In this document: positions 61,378-63,836 of the stretch, piece after piece
Layout: each line of letters begins with the position of its first letter
Position numbering within the stretch: position 1 is the stretch's first letter
From: Lama glama
Taxonomy: Eukaryota
Assembly (NCBI GenBank): GCA_028534125.1
Contig: CM052816.1
Coordinates: 86,740,001 to 86,803,836, forward strand
DNA: 63,836 nt
Direction: 5' to 3'
The notes under the pieces: generated by a model
The model's database searches: none
What the model saw: only the letters and a program-made list of their open reading frames with translations
What the model was told of the DNA's origin: nothing
Translations under genes and position numbers: made by a program

Positions 61378-62075
61378 GTCTGCTTTTTTACTTAAATTAG
61401 AGTTACTAAGGAACTCTGGGCAGGGTGAAGAGGTTTGATTAATTGAAACACATTTAATATCTTGGAAAAATAAAACATGTAAGAGTTTGGAGTGGTGGTC
61501 ATGTTTTATGTGCTGATTTGGATGGTATAGCTAGGTCATTACTTTATACTAACTCAATGTTTCCATGCAGGTATTTTGCTCAGTAATCTAATCCCCATTG
61601 TTCAAGGGTCAATTGTATATATTAAAGGTCAAATAAAATTGAGAGATATTTCATTAAAAATTATTTAATACTGAATGATTTCATTGAAATTATATTTTAA
61701 ACTGTCTAAATCCATTGTTATAAATCTAGGTCTTTAGACATAAGCAAAATTTATTAGTAGAAATGACCATGTTGTTAATATGACTAGGTTATGTTTGAGG
61801 GGACGCTCTTTTTTTTTTTTTAGCATCTTAGTTTTTCAGGGATTGCAGGATGCAGAGTAGACAGTCCACCTGAAGTTAGAAGAAGGGAAATGTATGAACA
61901 GCCATACAACTGGCTAAATCACCTTTTTATATATGTGCTATTTGAATTCATGAATAAACGTTATTTAACGAAGTGGATAAAGTTAAAAGAAGCATTGTAT
62001 CCTTACATACGATCAGTGTTGTCAAACTTCCATTGATGAAAATTCAAAGGTAAAATTGGAAAAAAAAAAGATCAC

Positions 62076-62161
62076 TAGAAATATATAACTAGAATATAAC
62101 TAGAAAACTAAACTAGATAACTAACTAGATCTATAACTAGATAACTAAAATATAACTAGAA
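62076..62161. repeat. Degenerate minisatellite of ~(TATAACTAGA)
   Basis: Read directly. Confidence 0.8.
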
Positions 62162-62489
62162 AAGTACCATTTTAAACATTCAAGGAAATAGTATTAAATA
62201 GATAATTTGACATCTGTAACAATTACATACATTAAACATTGTACAAATATTACATTATTACCATTTAATCAGAATATCCTGGTTTCCCTCAAATTTAAAA
62301 CAGTATACAGTTTATAATTAGATTCAATTAATCACCCCTGTAAATTACAAGACACATTTTTATCTCATTAGAAGCTGGATAAACTTTTGTAATTTTCTAT
62401 TTTTTTCATTATTATTTTTTCTCTTTACCTAAAAAGCCTAACATTAACCTATTGTTTATACTATTCTACAGAAATCAAAGAAGACATAG

Positions 62490-63013
62490 CTCAACTACTG
62501 TGTTCACTGCAGCATTATCCACTATAGCCAAGGTATGAGAACAATCTAATTGTTGATGGGTGAGTTAAAGAAAACATGGTATGTATATATAATGGGATAA
62601 TATTCAGCCTTTAAAAAGAAGGAAATCCTGTCATTAATGATGACATGAATTAAATAAGTGAAATAAGCTAGACAGAGAAATACAAATACCATATAAGCCA
62701 AACCTATATAAATAGAGAATAGATTCATAGTTGTTAGGGGCTCTGGAGTCAAAGGCTACATATTTTCAGTTATACAATGAGTAAGATCTGAGGTGATAAT
62801 AGTTTATGATACTGTATTGTACCACTGAAATTTGACAAAAGAGTAGAAAATCAAGTGTTCTCACACAAGCAAAAAGATAAACACATAAGGAGATTGATGC
62901 GTATACTAACTTGGTGGGAGGTGGGAAACCTTTCACAATGTATATGTATATCAAATCATCACATTGTATACTTGCAATTGTATTTGTCAATTATACCTCA
63001 ATAAAGTTGAAAA
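62490..63013 (+). mobile_element. L1MA9-like 3' end
   Basis: aaaaagaaggaaatcctgtca; ttcacaatgtatatgtatatcaaatcatcac; atacctcaataaagttg. Confidence 0.85.
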
Positions 63014-63509
63014 CAATTACTTATTTCAAAAAAAATTTAGTGAGCTATGTACATAAATATTTTCACTTGGTATCTATATATTCAATTCAACATACACTTT
63101 AATAAAGTGCAATTGTTAAACATTTAATAGCAGATCTCTTCCTGAAGAATGAGGATCTTCCTATCTAGAAATGAAAAATTCAAGATGCAATACAATGAAG
63201 TAGATAGACTATATTAATTATACTCATAGTTCCAATACTTTTACTTTGAGCAATTCATTAATCTTCTATTTACAGTTTACATATTGGTGAAATTAAATTG
63301 GGTTGAATTTTTGAAACTATATAACACAGAGTCGCTTCAGGGACAACTCCAGGAAACTAAGCATCTTTGTAAATTCCAGTGTCCTGATTCATAGGCAATT
63401 TTTAACCTGAACATACATTTATGAATGTACCCATGTCCTATATCATTTTCTGTAATAAGATCTTATGAAAAGGGTTTTGCATATAGATTTACATTTAAAT
63501 CATACATAT

Positions 63510-63836
63510 ATGAAAACTATCAAAGTTGATATAGAGGAATCATATTTCAACATAACAATAGTCATTTATTACAAACCAACAGGTAACATCATGCTCAACA
63601 ATGAAAGCCTGAAGAGAGAGAAAAAAGAAAAAAGAAAAAACTTAACCAAGAAAGTGAAAGACCTATGCTCTGAGAACTGTAAAATATTGATGAAGGAAAC
63701 TGAATATGACATGAAGAAATGAAAAGATAAACCATGTTCATGGATTAGAAGAATCAATATTGTTAAAATGTCCACATTACCCAAAGCATCTACAGATTTA
63801 ATGTAATACCTATCAAAATACCCATGACATTTTTCA
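63510..63836 (+). mobile_element. L1 ORF2 RT-region fragment (runs off the window)
   Basis: YYKPTGNIMLN...NLTKKVKDLCSENCKILMKE; catggattagaagaatcaatattgttaaaatg; internal deletion near 63615 removes the catalytic segment. Confidence 0.88.

Noticed and set aside
39377..62161. CRISPR-like or structured arrays (35-bp repeat at 39377, 69-bp repeat at 61108, minisatellite at 62076)
   Set aside because: Head-to-tail duplications without unique spacers, in mammalian DNA, with no cas genes.
1..63836. Host protein-coding gene among the ORFs of 60-157 aa
   Set aside because: Recognisable ORFs are L1 ORF2 or ERV-L fragments, antisense L1 frames, or LTR/microsatellite frames; the rest have low-complexity AT-rich composition. 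Small internal exons of a large gene cannot be excluded without alignment.

Overview
This is AT-rich mammalian genomic DNA, very likely camelid: it carries two short tRNA-Ala-derived SINEs resembling Vic-1 and young L1 3' ends of a non-primate, non-rodent type. I see no credible host protein-coding gene. The ORFs I could assign are decayed L1 ORF2 or ERV-L gag/pol pieces, or frames inside LTRs and microsatellites. The window reads as a gene-desert or deep-intronic stretch built from layered transposable elements: L1 of several ages, L2, MIR, MaLR LTRs, two ERV-L proviral remnants, ERV1/ERV2-type solo LTRs and DNA-transposon MITEs. A 500-N gap looks like a false gap because its flanks overlap exactly by 199 bp. 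I found no convincing new multi-gene system. The best oddities are a tailless tRNA-Cys 5'-half retrocopy ending at the anticodon, a solo LTR keeping a PBS-like extension inside its target-site duplication (TSD), two LTRs inserted 16 bp apart, a four-level TE nest, three 5'-inverted L1s, a CTCF motif beside a CpG-retaining patch, and a dense TGACA (MEIS/TALE) motif cluster. Repeat family names come from my recall of consensus sequences, not from a database search, and boundaries of old elements are approximate.
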